From Phyllosticta citribraziliensis (lineage: Eukaryota), in NCBI RefSeq assembly GCF_038025025.1, contig NW_027117344.1:2046001-2110000 (forward strand): a stretch of 64,000 nt of DNA. Direction: 5' to 3'. The notes beneath the pieces were generated by a model. It was not told the origin of the DNA. It searched no databases and worked only from the letters and a program-made list of their open reading frames with translations. The position numbers were made by a program, and so were the translations under genes. Shown in pieces: positions 22,566 through 35,631 of this stretch (the stretch's first letter is position 1; the number at the start of each line of letters is the position of its first letter).

Positions 22566-23132
22566 ATGTCCGACACCAACGCCTCCACCTCGGCCCCGCC
22601 CGACAGACCCAAGTTCTCCTTCCCCAAGCCCACGGGCGAATCGACAACGCACAGCGGCAACTGCCACTGCGGCGCGATCCGCTTCACCTTCACGCTCTCG
22701 CCGCCGCTCCACGAGTACCCGGTCATCAGCTGCAACTGCAGCTACTGCACGCGGGCCGGCGCGCTGCTCGTGTACCCGCACCGCGAGGACTTTGTGCTGG
22801 AGAAGCCGACGGCGGCCGAGGGCGGCTTCGACGCCGACGTCGTTGGCAAGTATGGGTTTGGCGACGGCACGGCGAGCCATCGGTTCTGCAGGAAGTGTGG
22901 CAGTAGCGTCTTTACGGTTTGTGTGCCGGGCATGTGGGAGAAGTTTGTGGGGCCGGGCGCGAAGGAGATGTTGCCTGTTAATGTGAGGGCCTCTTTTCTC
23001 TTTTCTTCTCCGCCAGGCTGACGTGTTGCGCTGTAGCTCCGCATGGTCACGGGCTTGGATCTGGACGCGTTGAACCTGCGCAAGGTCGATGGGTGGGGTC
23101 TGAGGGGCCCCCAATACGAGCTGAAGGATTAG
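22566..23132 (+). CDS. GFA/CENP-V (Mss4-like) zinc protein
   Basis: GNCHCGAIRF, CNCSYC, HRFCRKCGS; intron 22983-23036 gives VN/LRMVTGLDLDALNLRKVDG; stop TAG at 23130-23132. Confidence 0.9.
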
Positions 23133-23729
23133 GAGATGGAAGTTTTTGACGAGTTGTTGACGGAGTTGGAGGGGCGCCGTGGAAAAGTCTGGGGATGCTT
23201 TCATGTCTCTCTTTCCCTTGTCAATTGTCTCGTCTACGTTAGTGAGTAGATCGCCCTCGTTTAGTGGTCATCTTTCTAGGTTGAACCGAGCTTAGATGTT
23301 CTTCTGCTCAGTACTCAGCGGGGTTGGGGAAGATCGAGTTGCTGAAGATCGATTCAATCTTCTTTGCTCCACTGTCCCCCGCATGCAGTAGACCCGAGGT
23401 CAATTTATGGCGTATTGTGACAGGCAAGACAGACAAAGAAAAAGCTACACGGTACCTTACTTATGTACCAATTCATCTTAATTGACGTGGATTGGTTGGC
23501 GCTGGCTGGTCCCTGACAGCCGAGCTAGGGACGGGCCTGGCCGCGTCGGCCCACCTGCCGAACCTTCAAGCGACTGTCGTTCGGCCCAAGCTCCCCTCCA
23601 TCCATCCACTCGCCCTGCGCTCATTGACTTCCTCTCATCATCTTATTCCTCCATACCTCACCTCAGCTCCCTACCGACGACGCCCTCACAACCCACCGTA
23701 CCTCTCTCGCTCTCTGACCCCACCCAACC

Positions 23730-24951
23730 ATGCCACCGCGGCTCCTCTCCTTCCGCCCGCACACCGCCGCCCGCGCCTTGCGGCCCCGCGCCGCCCTCAG
23801 CCTCCCCGTCCAGCGACAGCGGCCCTTCACACAGTCTGCCCCCCGCGCCAGCAAAGGCAAGTCAAGCCGCAAGCAGAAACGGCGCCAGGAGGCCGCCGCC
23901 AAAGCGGCCACTGCTGCCACCACCACCACCACCACCTCCTCCGCGGACCCATCACAAAATCTGCCTTGGGGCATCTACCGGGGCGAGCGGCCGCTCGTCC
24001 TCTTCCCTGGCTGGCGCAAGCTCGTCGCGTTGGGCGTGACCGTGTTTCTGGGGTACCTGGCGGCGAAGCCAGTGCGGGAATTCCTGTCGCCAGACACGGC
24101 GGCGAGCGACGAGGAGGAGCAAGCGGCTGGATTGGGCGAGACGGCGCAGCGGCTGGACGAGCTGCCGGTCGTCAAGGCGCTGCGTGCGGAGGAAGGGTGG
24201 GTGGAGATTGCCCGCAAGCCGGAAGAGGAGTCTGCGGATGGCAAGGAGCCGGCAGGCCTCGTTGCGCGGCGGCTGGCTGCGTCGGCGCACCTGCTGGGCC
24301 CGCGGCGCGTGTGGTGGAATGGGCAGAGGCGCGAGGGCGTCAGTGTTGGGTGGGCGGGGCCGGGCGTGACGGGGTGGCCGACGGTCGTGCATGGCGGCGC
24401 GATAGCGGCGGTCGTGGTTGAGGCGGTGGGACTGGGATGGGAGAGCGAGAGGCGCGGTGACAAGGGTGAGTTTGTTCAATCTGGTCAATGAGCATCGTCT
24501 GCAGCAGACCGCGGGAGCAGGACACCCGACTAGATCATAAACTGACAAACTGACAGGACCAACCCCATCCGTTCCCGAATCGAACACGCCTCCCCTCCCC
24601 TCCCATCAGCCACTCCAGCTCGACCTGACCTACCTCGCGCCAACGCGCGCCAACGAGTTCTACGTCCTGCGCTTCGCGCCCTCGCCGCCCGCCGTGCCGG
24701 CCCAACGCGGTGCCGAAACGGACCTCTCGCCGCGCAAGGACATGACGAAGCGCGAGGCGGACGTGGACAAGCAGCCGGCGCTACTGGCACCGCGGACCGA
24801 GGAGTGGACGGCGACGCTGGAAAAGGCGCTGGATGGCAGGGTGTGCGTCAAGGCGAGGGTTGTCATGCCTGACCATGAGACGAAGGGGAGTTGGGAGTTG
24901 TCTGACAAGAGCGAAGGGAAGACCTGGCGGAAGCGGTTGTGGGCGAATTGA
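23730..24951 (+). CDS. Mitochondrial hotdog-fold thioesterase-like protein (Fmp10-like)
   Basis: R/S/L-rich presequence, one TM segment, GWPTVVHGGAIAAV motif; intron 24466-24556 leads into LDLTYLAPT and the 24694-24951 frame. Confidence 0.75.
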
Positions 24952-25734
24952 GGAGGGCGTGGATGCGGTTGAGGGAGGTAGGTTGTGGATGGTGGAGTTA
25001 TGAATCCCTACTCAGGACTGCGAATCAGAGATGGGGCAGCGATCACCTACCCTTACAGAGTCTCTGCATAAAAACCAAGAAGCAAGTGACGAGACAATTT
25101 GATCGACACGAGCACAGGGATCACAGAAGTTGGTGTAAGCCATGAATTACCACTACCATGCTCGCCAGCCGTGGCATATAGCCAACTCAGACAAAAAACA
25201 CCGCAGCCGATGAAGAATGCCACCGCCGCCAACCAATTAAAAGTAGAGCAAAATGGGTATTGCATTGATTGATTGATCGTGAATAGTGCGAATTGGGGGA
25301 TGTGGGAAGGGGGGTATCATCTGCTAATTCTCCTTTTCCTTTCGTTTCCCCGAAAACAGCGTTGCCCATCCGTCGTAATGCAATGCAATGCAATGCCAGT
25401 CGCCAAGAGAGAAGAAAGAGAGGTGGGGGAATCAAGAGGTGGTTGTGCTGCTGCCAGTTGTGGTGGTGGTTGAAGGAGGCAGACAGCGGAAGAAGAAGAA
25501 GAAGATTCGTGTCGTGTCGTCGATGGAGACGTGGTATCAAAGAAGAGGAGGAGGAGATGGTGGTGGAATGCGTAGAGCAAACGGTACAGAGGTGTGAGGC
25601 GGACAGTTGAAGCGGCAGTGAGCGAGTTGATGGCGAAAGAGTTCGGTTTGGTCCAAGATGGCAATGGTCTCTCTTCCCGGCGGCGCTCACTGGATCAAGC
25701 AGTCCTTGTAGAGGGTTTCTTTCCCCACACCTCT

Positions 25735-25985
25735 CTATACTGTGCTGCGCATTCTTCTGCGGCGGCCGCCGGCGCGGTTGCAGGTCAGGCAGCCGACGAT
25801 GATGTCGAAGACGGCGACGATGCCGTTCAGGATGGCCTTGAGGATGCCGGCGATGCCGTTGACGACGGCCATGATGGCGGCGCCGATGGCTTGGAAGACG
25901 GACTTGATCTGGAGAGGGCGTTAGTTTTGTTGCGTTTGCGACTTTAGGCGGGAAAAGAACGTACGCAGGACACGACTGCGCCCAT
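25735..25985 (-). CDS. 64-aa small membrane-associated protein with an N-myristoylation motif
   Basis: Exon 1 25985-25965 (MGAVVSC); intron 25964-25909 (GTACGT..CTAAC..CAG); exon 2 25908-25735 (IKSVFQAIGAAIMAVVNGIAGILKAILNGIVAVFDIIVGCLTCNRAGGRRRRMRSTV*). Strong C-ending codon bias and Kozak accATGg. Confidence 0.85.
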
Positions 25986-27249
25986 GGTGACGGTGTTGTG
26001 GTAGGTTGTTGTGTTGGGGTATTCAAAGCGGTGGTAGGTTTGATCGAAGCGTAAGTCGATTCGGTTCGGGGTATCTTTGTGGGTTGAGTGGTGGATGTGT
26101 TGTGTTGTTGTGATGCAGAGGCAGAAGAAAGGAAAGCATTCCTTATATCTGTGTAGGCAGCGCGCACCATCGTCATTGCGGGCACCCACCCAGCCCTGCC
26201 GCCGCGGTGCCAGTCCGGGTGCCATGCAAATGTGACGTAACAGGGCCGGACAGGGCAGGCAGGACAGGAAGAAACGCTCGGACGCGGTTCCCGTCAACAA
26301 CAGGAACCAACCAACAACATGAACTTGAACAAGAAACCAACCGCCCCAGATCCCTCTTCGGCCTAATCTGCACTCCAAAAGCCCACCTTCGTCCGCTCAC
26401 CAGCCACACCCTCTTCCCCATCCGGCGTCACGCTGCCCTGTTGCCCCGTCGGCCATACTCCATCCATCGCGACCTGCCGCCACCATGATGCAGCCGCGCA
26501 GGGAACCCGCCAGAAACCGGATCGGATACATACTCCTACCGTACTGTCACGTACCCAGCAGGCCCCGTGGGCCCCTTCGTCTGTTCCTTCCGCCTGCTTC
26601 ATGCATCTCACGCAAGTCAGTCCTGTTTGATGGATTGATTGTTGCAGCGCCACCTCTCCCCCTTGCTGATGTCTGCACGTGTTGGCTGGAAACGGCGAGC
26701 CCGCGTCCGCTTCGGGCTGCTGAGGGTGGGCGCCGTTCGATTTGCGATGCGATAGATCGCGCGCCCGTAATGTATATTCCCGACTGGACGGCGGCCTCTT
26801 TGTTTCACACGACTTTGGGGACCTAGGCGGGCAGCACGCGTGCGCAAGGTGTCCAACGATTGATTGATTTGAAGAATCGCCAGTTGAGATGCATCGATGC
26901 TGCCGGTTTCCTCTGCCTGGAGAAAGCACCCAAGCGAGCGAGCAGCCGAGCACAGAAAAGTGTGGCGCAAACAATGCATCCTGCTCACATCTCCATCTCC
27001 AGCACATTCCACCATCTTCGCTTCCACCAACCAACCTGACCTTGCATCGTCATCATCATCTGCACCATCTTTCTTTGTTTCCCGCCCGCATCCCGCAATC
27101 CCACTTCCCGCCTGCATCCCGCCACCGCAGCCTGCCCTGCCCTGCCCTGGCTCACCTCAGCGGCGCGCATCCGACGGCTGGGCTTCTTCAATCATGACGT
27201 CATCCGCCCTTCATCCTGTCCTTTTTGCCCTGTCCTTCCTTGCTCTCTC

Positions 27250-27252
<3 letters not shown>

Positions 27253-27296
<44 letters not shown>
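27253..27296 (+). repeat. (TC)22 microsatellite
   Basis: Read directly from the sequence. Confidence 0.95.
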
Positions 27297-27299
<3 letters not shown>

Positions 27300-28684
27300 T
27301 GCCAGGATGTCTGGCGCGACGGGCGGGCATTATCCCAGCCCTTCTTTTTTTTTTTTCTTTTTTTCTCGTTCGCTTTTTTTCTTCCTTGCCGTCGGTCCGT
27401 TCCTTTTGACATCAGACGCGCTGGGATGTATCCCTGTCCACGCAATTTGCGTAGGGCAAAAGGGCGAACGCGAGCGAGGATCCCTCAGCACCTGGGCTTG
27501 TCCTCTGTCGCACGCGTCGGTGCGATGGGTAGTCGCGGAGAAGAGCGCGCGGCGGCGAGATGTGGAATGCACAAAGCTTCCGCTGCGTGGACCGAGGGCA
27601 CAGGTGAGATGGAGACTTGGATCATCGGCGGTTGCGGAGCGAGCGCATCGTGACGTCGGTCCCTCTGGCCGTCCTTTCGGTAGATCAACGAGAGCGGAGA
27701 GCAGCGGCGCGTGGGTAAGATGAGCGGCGGGATCGTCTCTGTGATTTGAATTTGGTCGCCAGTGGAGCATGAGCACGAGCGCTCCGTCACATCCCTCTGA
27801 CAGTGCCATCTCTTCCCGCCGTGACGCTCGACGACGATGATGCCGCTCATGATGCACACCACAAAAGACAAGGCGAGACCTCGTGCGCACATGTAGGTAC
27901 CCACACACTCGCCACCCACTCTTGATCCGCATGCTCTCCTCCCGCTGGCCCACCCGTCAGTCCGTCCTGTGTCTCCCGCACCCCCACACCGTTCTCCCAG
28001 ACGGGCAGCGCGCTCAGTCGCTCCGAATGAGACGACAAGAGCAGCAAAGAAGAAGCATTAACATGACCAAACACCACGAGGCACAAAACAAAGGGAGAGC
28101 AGGAAAGAGAGAAGAGAGTGGGAAAAGAAATTCCCAACGCGCAGCGCGCTGATGCTATTTATCTTGGGCTGGTAGCCAAAGGTGCTTCCTGATTGATTGA
28201 CCGGTAGATAGATGCCCATCTCCCATCCCTTCCTCTACCCACCCCACACCGCGCCATGCCACACCATGTCATGCGATCATGGATGCTGCCGTCATGGATG
28301 CTCCTAGAAACACGACCAACTCAACTGTCGATGAAAGAAAATACCAGCCGAGACGAAAAAGAAAAAGAGACTCGGAGAGTATGCTACGCCATGTCCCATG
28401 CTACCCGATGCCACTCCCATGCCAATGCCACGCTCGTCCACACATCGCGTGCTCTGCCGAAATGCTGTTCCGCTTGCTTGATTGATTGGACCAATCCAAA
28501 TTATGTAACCTGTCCAAGTCGACTACAGGGGGAGGAGATGGTCCCCATCCAAACGCAAAAGAAAAAGGCTTCGTTTTGACTGCACCACCACCGGAAAGAA
28601 AAACTCCAGTCCCATATGTTCTTTGCGTCAATCGTATACTGTCGTTAAAGAGTAAAAGAGAAGATGCGACGGCGTGCCAGCTGG

Positions 28685-31678
28685 CTAGGTGCTCGACCGC
28701 TTGCTGCTGTCCGCAGGGCGAATCTGGTCGTCCAGTGTCGAATTTGCCTGCTGCGACTGAACAGCCTTTGCTGAATGATGAGTCTCGGCCGTGTGCATGC
28801 TCTGCGGCGATTGGGGGAGCTCCGTGTCCTCGGCCATCTCCTGGATCCGCGTGTCAATCGCCAGCCGGCTGTCGTTGAAATTGGGCGTGGGTGTGCCAGC
28901 TCTGCTCCTGTTCCGCGACAAGCTGTTGGTGCGCGAGCGGCCCCCAGTCTGCTTGTTGCCCTCTTCGGAGAGGAGCGTTGCCGAGGAGCCGCCTATTCGG
29001 TTGCGCTCTGGGTCTGCCCACTCGAGAAAGTCGCGGGAGCTCCAACTGGCGCGGTGGACACGGGCAGTCCGTGGTAGGCTGGTGTACGACATGTTGCTTC
29101 GAATGCTGGCGCGACTCACAGCTCTTGGGCGACCTGTTTGGGTGGGTGCATCTGCCGCTTGCTCTCCTTCTTGAGCCTGTCCATCTGAATAAGGGGGAAT
29201 GCTAGTTGCGGATTCCTTTGGATCACCAATTTCGGCCATGAACTCTTCGTCCTCGTCTTCAATCTTCGCTACGCGGCGTACCGAAGATACGTTGAATCCA
29301 ATCTTGGGCTCCTGGGGCTCTTGAGGAATTACCGGCGCAGGAGGCTCAGGTGGCAGATCCTTCTCAGCCTTGTCGAGGTGCGTAAAGTACTTTTCGCGGT
29401 GACCTCTCCAGCCACGAGGTCGAAACTCGTCCGTCGGGGTGTGCCTCTTGAGGGAAAAGTAGGTGGTGATGGCGCCGGTGAAGATGGCGAGCAAAAGGAA
29501 AATCGTCAATATTCCTTGAATCACGATGATGACGATGCCAATCACAGTCGTCGTGATTCGCGCAAGATTGAACCGGATGTCAAAGGCTGCAGACAATGCA
29601 ACCGTCGAGACTTTGCTGAAACCAAGCAGGTAAACCATCAACGCGTTGAGCCTCTGGGACTCGAATGGTCGCAGGATGATCGTGGCCACAAAGGCGATGA
29701 ATTCAATGACCAATAGGCCAAACACCTGGGTCATAGGGTGTCCGGAGGCGCCAGCAAGGAAGCAGGCTCTGACAAATTCGTAGCCTAACCAACACGAGAA
29801 GAACCACCACCTGGTCCGCCTGAAGCGCGAAGCAAGCCAGCCAAATTTCCTGGTGTACTCTTCATCGTCGTGGATTGACTTTTGGTTCTCCGGGTCAACT
29901 GCACTGACCCTCCAGAAAGGGAGGGAGCCGGCGTAAACTGTCCCAGTCTCATCCTTGTGTGCGCTTGCTCGCGTGAACCTATACCAAGGGACAATTCCAA
30001 GGACTCTCCGACGTTCCATGTTCACACGGTCCGGCTCCGACACGTAGTTGCCCACCCTGATGCGGTAGCGGCATGCATATGCAGCGGCAAAAAACATTCC
30101 GCAAAAGAAGATGATGAAGACTAGGGCGGCGACGGCGGTAACTCCAGCGGATCCCTTGTACGTGAATTGGAATAGCGTCAGGAACATGAGCATGAAGAAG
30201 CCAATTACGAGCACCCGGAGAACAGCCAAGATCGTGTAGCCGATCCAGTGAGTGCGGAAAGAGGATAGGCGATCTTTCCTCACGACCTTGGCCATGGAGA
30301 GCAGTTCCAGGGTCCACTTCAACAGAACGATGCATGCTGCGACTATTACGACCAGGATCAGGAACCACAGAAAGCCAGTCGTAAAGGCATTCGAGGCAGG
30401 TATGCCCTCTGTTCCAAGAGTGCCAGCGAATCCAGAGTAGTTTCCGGGCAACGGAAGGCCAGGCTTGACGGGTTGTCCATACCAGGAGTAGCCGTCGGTA
30501 CTGTTGGCGAGGGCACGCTTATGCAGGGCGTGCTCAAGCTTTGGGGAATGCATAAAGTGGACGTCCTTCCTCCAGAGCCGGCGAACTCCTCTTTTGTAAA
30601 TCTTGGTAATGTCGTAGCCACCTCCGACGCTCGCATCATTTGTTCCAGTGCTGGCTGCCCCGACGGCCGTGGTGTTGCCCTTGTTGGATCCGATGAACTT
30701 GTTGATCGAGTTTTGCATCTCTTGGGTGTAAATCATGCCGCCGGCCCATGCATAGTTGCTCCAAAAGGCAACCAGGACGCTCGGCCAATTCATCGAAAGC
30801 GCGCCCGTGAAGTAAATGTGCTGCAGGACCGAAAAGACGACAAACACGGACATGGAGTGGGCGTAGTGTTTGCGAATGACGGGAATGTCCGAGCCATAGA
30901 TTGCCGCAGCCACCGACGCCACACAGGCCACTGCTGTGAATATCCCCAGGATCGAGCCAACGGCGGCTTGTTGCGAAAAGGTGTTGCCGTTGGTAATGGA
31001 AGCCGAATAGCAGCCTATCATTTGCTGGGTCGAATTGGCAAAGATGCGGAGAATTGCCTGGCCCTCAAAGTCGGGAATGCTGTACGCGATGGCTGCCATG
31101 CGTCAATTCCGAAGATCCCTGCAGGATGCACAAAGTTTTTGTACTTACTCGGAATGTTGGCAACGTCTCCCGGGGCGATTGGTATGATGCCGTTGGCCTC
31201 GATGGACACGTTATTTCTCATTGGACATAGACTGTTGATGTTGGCGTTGCAGGGGTTGAACACGAGCTCGAATTGGGACTCGCCGTATGCATAAACGGCA
31301 ATATACACTTTGAACATTAGCCGCGAAGAACCAAAAAAAAGAGCTGAAGAGGCACAACTTACTCATGAGACCTTCATCGACGATGCTCGTGTCGCCCGCC
31401 AAGTGGAAGAGAACCGTCATGTTGTCCTTGTAGTAGGCGGCGTCGAAGCGGGTGACGTTGATGCTGCTGTCGCCCAAGCAGTCGCCATAGTTGCCCGTGT
31501 AGAGCGAGGGCTGGCGATTGTCGCGGACGTAGATCGAGTTGCCGTCGTCGTCAGTGGCCGATACATAGCGAACACCATTGATGGTCGTGACGTCAGCTGT
31601 CTGCGCAAACGAGCGTGGCACAAGCAGCAGCAGGGACAGAATCAAGAGCAAAGGCGAGAGAAGCGACCTCGACTCCAT
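28685..31678 (-). CDS. TRP-like channel / flavin carrier (FLC/Pkd2 family) with an N-terminal ML-like domain
   Basis: Signal peptide, PSLYTGNYGDC, CYSASITNGNT, GALSMNWPSVLVAFWSNYAW and multiple TM segments; two 5' introns near 31360-31310 and 31148-31090. Confidence 0.88.
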
Positions 31679-34600
31679 GGTTGCGCGAGAGATGCAACGG
31701 TCAGGCTGGTGTCATGGAGGAGGGACGTGCGAGTGAGGTATTATAGTAGTCGGATCTACGCGTGTTAGGCGGGCCGGAACGCAGGTAGAAGCGAGGGAGG
31801 GTCGACGCGTTGGAGGGCGAGGTACACGGCCCCAGACAGGATTCCGAGGCGGCGGGAGTGGGTGTAGTTGTACCAGGTAGGAGTTAGGGTGGCCGAGGAA
31901 TTTTGAAGCAGCGGCTCCCGGGAGAGGTTTGATATGGGAAGGTGAGGCTTGGTTGGTCGGGAGTTTGGGCGGGCGGCCACAAGACCGTGCACCTGTCAAG
32001 TCAAGCCGGGGCTCACCGACGCGGCGTGCGGAAGAGGGCGAGAAGAGGTCAGGTCCCGGAGAGGTGAGAGACGGGGACCAATAGAGGGACCGAGGGTGGC
32101 CAAGGGTGGGTGACGAGAGAACGAGTCAGCGGAGGCCAGGTGGATGAGGATAAGAGGCGGGCGAGAGGCGAGAGGGTGCGGTGAGGGGAAGAGTAGGAGA
32201 ACAAGAAGAAGAAGAAGAAGAAGTGAAGAGTTTCCTGATCGTACGTACTCTACTCTACCTGTACACACGATGGAAACCCACAAATCCAATGGCTCCGCGG
32301 TCCCTCATTCCCTGATTCCCTGCCAGCCACCGGCACCCGCGCGCTACCCTCGCGACGCACGCCGCGACCTTATTTTTAGCCTTAATCATCACCACGGCCA
32401 TCGCTCACCATCAGCTCTGTCCCTCTGTAAATTCCTGCCTCGACGACGGACCTTGCACCGACGGCAGTCTCAGCTCGACTCGACCCAAGGCACAACGGCC
32501 TGGTCGTCAGCCAGTCGTCAGCCAGGACGGCGTGGGCCGACTTGTACCACTATTGGATTTCAGCCACGGTCGTCACAGACATCCAATGTTGATGTTGACT
32601 GAGGCGGAGGCGCACAAGGATAATCCCCAGGGCCATGGACGGCATCAGTGCATCAGCCAAGCCGCCTGGATGCCGTCTCTGGATCCATCTCTGCGGCTGC
32701 TTGAAACCGCCTACCAAAGCTTAGCCCGCCCCTCGAACCCTCGAACAACATGGCCGGATGCACCACCAGAGATCCTCTCGCCTGTCTTCCTGCCACCTTG
32801 CTCTTCCTAGTCGACATCTGCCAGTGATCCTTGGCATCGGTGTTGGCATTGGTCACTATCGCTGTCGCTTGAAGACAGCGACGTCTGTGCTCCGCTACAC
32901 CGTTTCCATACCACTGTGCCTTTGCGTCAGCTGATGGTACCTTGACCTTCAGACGCCGTCGCTATACGGGCACTGTGCAAATCCCCAGACCCGTTCCGTC
33001 TTACGTGCATGCCATGTTTCTACACGGTCGAAACAACAATGGGGAACGCCAAAACCCGCTCCTCTTGTGCAAACTCAAATTCCCAAATTAGATTCTACAC
33101 GTTAGATATACCTGGCTTTCGGCCTCCTTCGAAGCATCCATCACCAATCCCTCTCTTTCCCCACTTGGCCGTTCTCCTCTTGTTTCTCTCAGGCCACCGC
33201 CGATCCGCCCCACGCGGAAGCTAGAGACCTGGGGAAGCGGGCCCGAAACTGTCCCCGCAAGACAACATCGCCACCTCGTGCTTCGATCGATGCTGAGTTG
33301 ATCATCTTGCCCAATGCCACTGCTCCACCCGCTACTCAGATATTTCCTTTTCTGAGCCCGTGCATCTCTTACATGAAAGTCCTGGAATTGAACGTGCTGA
33401 ATATTTGAGGCAAAATAGTCCGGCATACTCGGCATGAACCAAAACTCTCAAGTGTGACCGAAGCGACAAAAGAAAGAGCAAGGAGAGTGTTCCAATCAGA
33501 ATCGCCTTTACCTTGACCATCTTCGGAAAGGGCAACATTGAGATATGCCAGATGACTCGGAGAACCGCAGAACGTGAAGGTCCTGGCAGGAAAGACTGAT
33601 CCAACATTCGAAAGCTCCCACCTGTCCATCTCTTCACATCTCTCGAACGTCACCCTACCCTTTAAGAACCAACGGATCCTAGACCAGTCCGTCGCTACCA
33701 CTGCCGCGGGACCAACACCAGATGGTAATGGGCCGCATTCCAAGGCCTTGGCTCCCCAATCTGTCAATCTCGGGGGCACAGCGACTGGCGATACCCCTGA
33801 GCCTTGAACAGAGACGGCAGAAGAGGTTCGCTCCACGAGGCCAACAACCAAGCGCCATTGGCCAACACTACTCAACTCAGTGGACACGAATCAGGAACCC
33901 GTCGGGAAGGACAATATTGTGATTGCTTGCAGAGACACAATGATGCACCTGGTCCAGACGCAGGCCGACTTACTTGGGCGCTTATGCATGTCCGCACGCA
34001 GCCGGGCAGAGGAGCGGATCTCGGGCCCTGAGCCCAAAGCGACCTGACAGCATCCATGCCCAGTCCACGAAACCAGGGACGGAGGCAGGTTCGCTAGCGT
34101 GTCTGTTTAGAGTTTGACGGTCCGCGGGACCATTGCAAGGGACTGGGGCCAAGGTAGAGTCTGGTCAAAGGGACCACAAGTGCCGGAAAAGGCATTTCGC
34201 CCAAGCTGCTCTCGCGACGCAGGCCAGCAGGTCTCGACGCTTGTCCTGAATCCAAATGATCCATGGGATCCATACGGCGACACTCTATCGCATCAACGGG
34301 AGCGGCAGACGCGTTGGGAATGTCCCGACTGATGTTGGTGTTGCTGTGTGCCAACCGAAAAGGTTGCCGCTCCGGATCGACGGACGAGGCTAAACGTCGG
34401 GAGGCGTCCGCGCTTACAGTTGAGCCATGATTGGTTTGGCACCAACCAACCACGAACCTCAACTCCACACTCCACATCACACACGGTCTTCGACGCAGGT
34501 CCTGACGGCTGTTCCAGTCCCAATTCGTCGCCCGTATGTGCGTGCCGTCGCCTTGTCCTCTCTGGGTCGTTGACCTCCGCAGAGAATCGCTTCTCCGCAT

Positions 34601-35631
34601 CTGATTGCTTGACCGACCTTTACAGCGTCGGGAACCTGCTTGACCACTCTTGATAAGTCGACGCCTCTCTCCATTGGCAAATCTCGTCATTGCCACTCCA
34701 GCCTCGACATGTGACCTCTTTCGACTCACATGCGTGTGCCATCTTACGGGTTGGGGCAGTGCGAGACTGAAGAAGGTGGGGTGGTCGACGAGACAGGACC
34801 AGTGGTTCAACAAGTTACACGGTCGGCCGCTTTGAACGGCCTTGCTGCGGATAGGCCCTATATCCCGGGGACGGCTGCATGTGGTCAAGGAAGCATCTTT
34901 TGCTTACGGCCTGCTGGTGATCTGCTACCGGCGCACAGCCAACAAAGACATGCATTCTGCCGCCAAAATCGACGCAATCTCTGCGGCATGACAGACTCTC
35001 AGATTTGACAACCACGACCGAGAAGTGGAGCTTTGCAATTTCATCACAGCATAGAGCGGCTCAGCCGGTACTCGGTTGGCTTGATGCCGTGTGCCCGTGA
35101 GCATGGAGCAAACTGACACATTGTGAGCGTGCCGCGCATAGACAACCCACGCTTCGAGCCCGGAGGACTGGACCCTTGCATGCATGGCTTCTCCACTCCA
35201 GCTGGGGCCACTATATGTGACGACGCCACCCATCGCGACTGCTGTATCACTTTTCCTTGTGTCTTTGTGCCGCCGCTCTCCATCTCACCGTCGCTCGTTC
35301 TATATCCGTTGTTGCCCTCGCCTCCCATCCTCGTCATCGCCATGGTTCTGCTCCACGCACCTCGGGACCGCTGAGAGTATCAAGTGAGCATAAGCTGAAA
35401 GAGTCGGATTTGTACAACCATCACACGGATCATTTCGACTGGAGCCGAGGTACCGGGATAATTCACCGCTCCACGTTCAAATTCGACGACACCGCCGTGC
35501 CATCCCGAGCAAGTGATTGTTGTAATCTCGACATAATCGGCTCTTTGACTTGCTAAAAGCCATACCAAATTCAAAACTCAAGCTGGATTCCGCAAAGCGA
35601 TCGATCTGGGGAGTGGGAGACAGCAACCACG

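Noticed and set aside
20617..23132. Functional link between the MSS4-like PIP kinase and the adjacent Mss4-like fold protein
   Set aside because: A naming coincidence; the two families are unrelated.
31700..35600. Iron or copper regulatory sites and ORFs in the FLC-FRE divergent region
   Set aside because: No clear ATCWGATAA SreA site or clustered metal-response motifs found by eye; the ORFs lack recognisable features.
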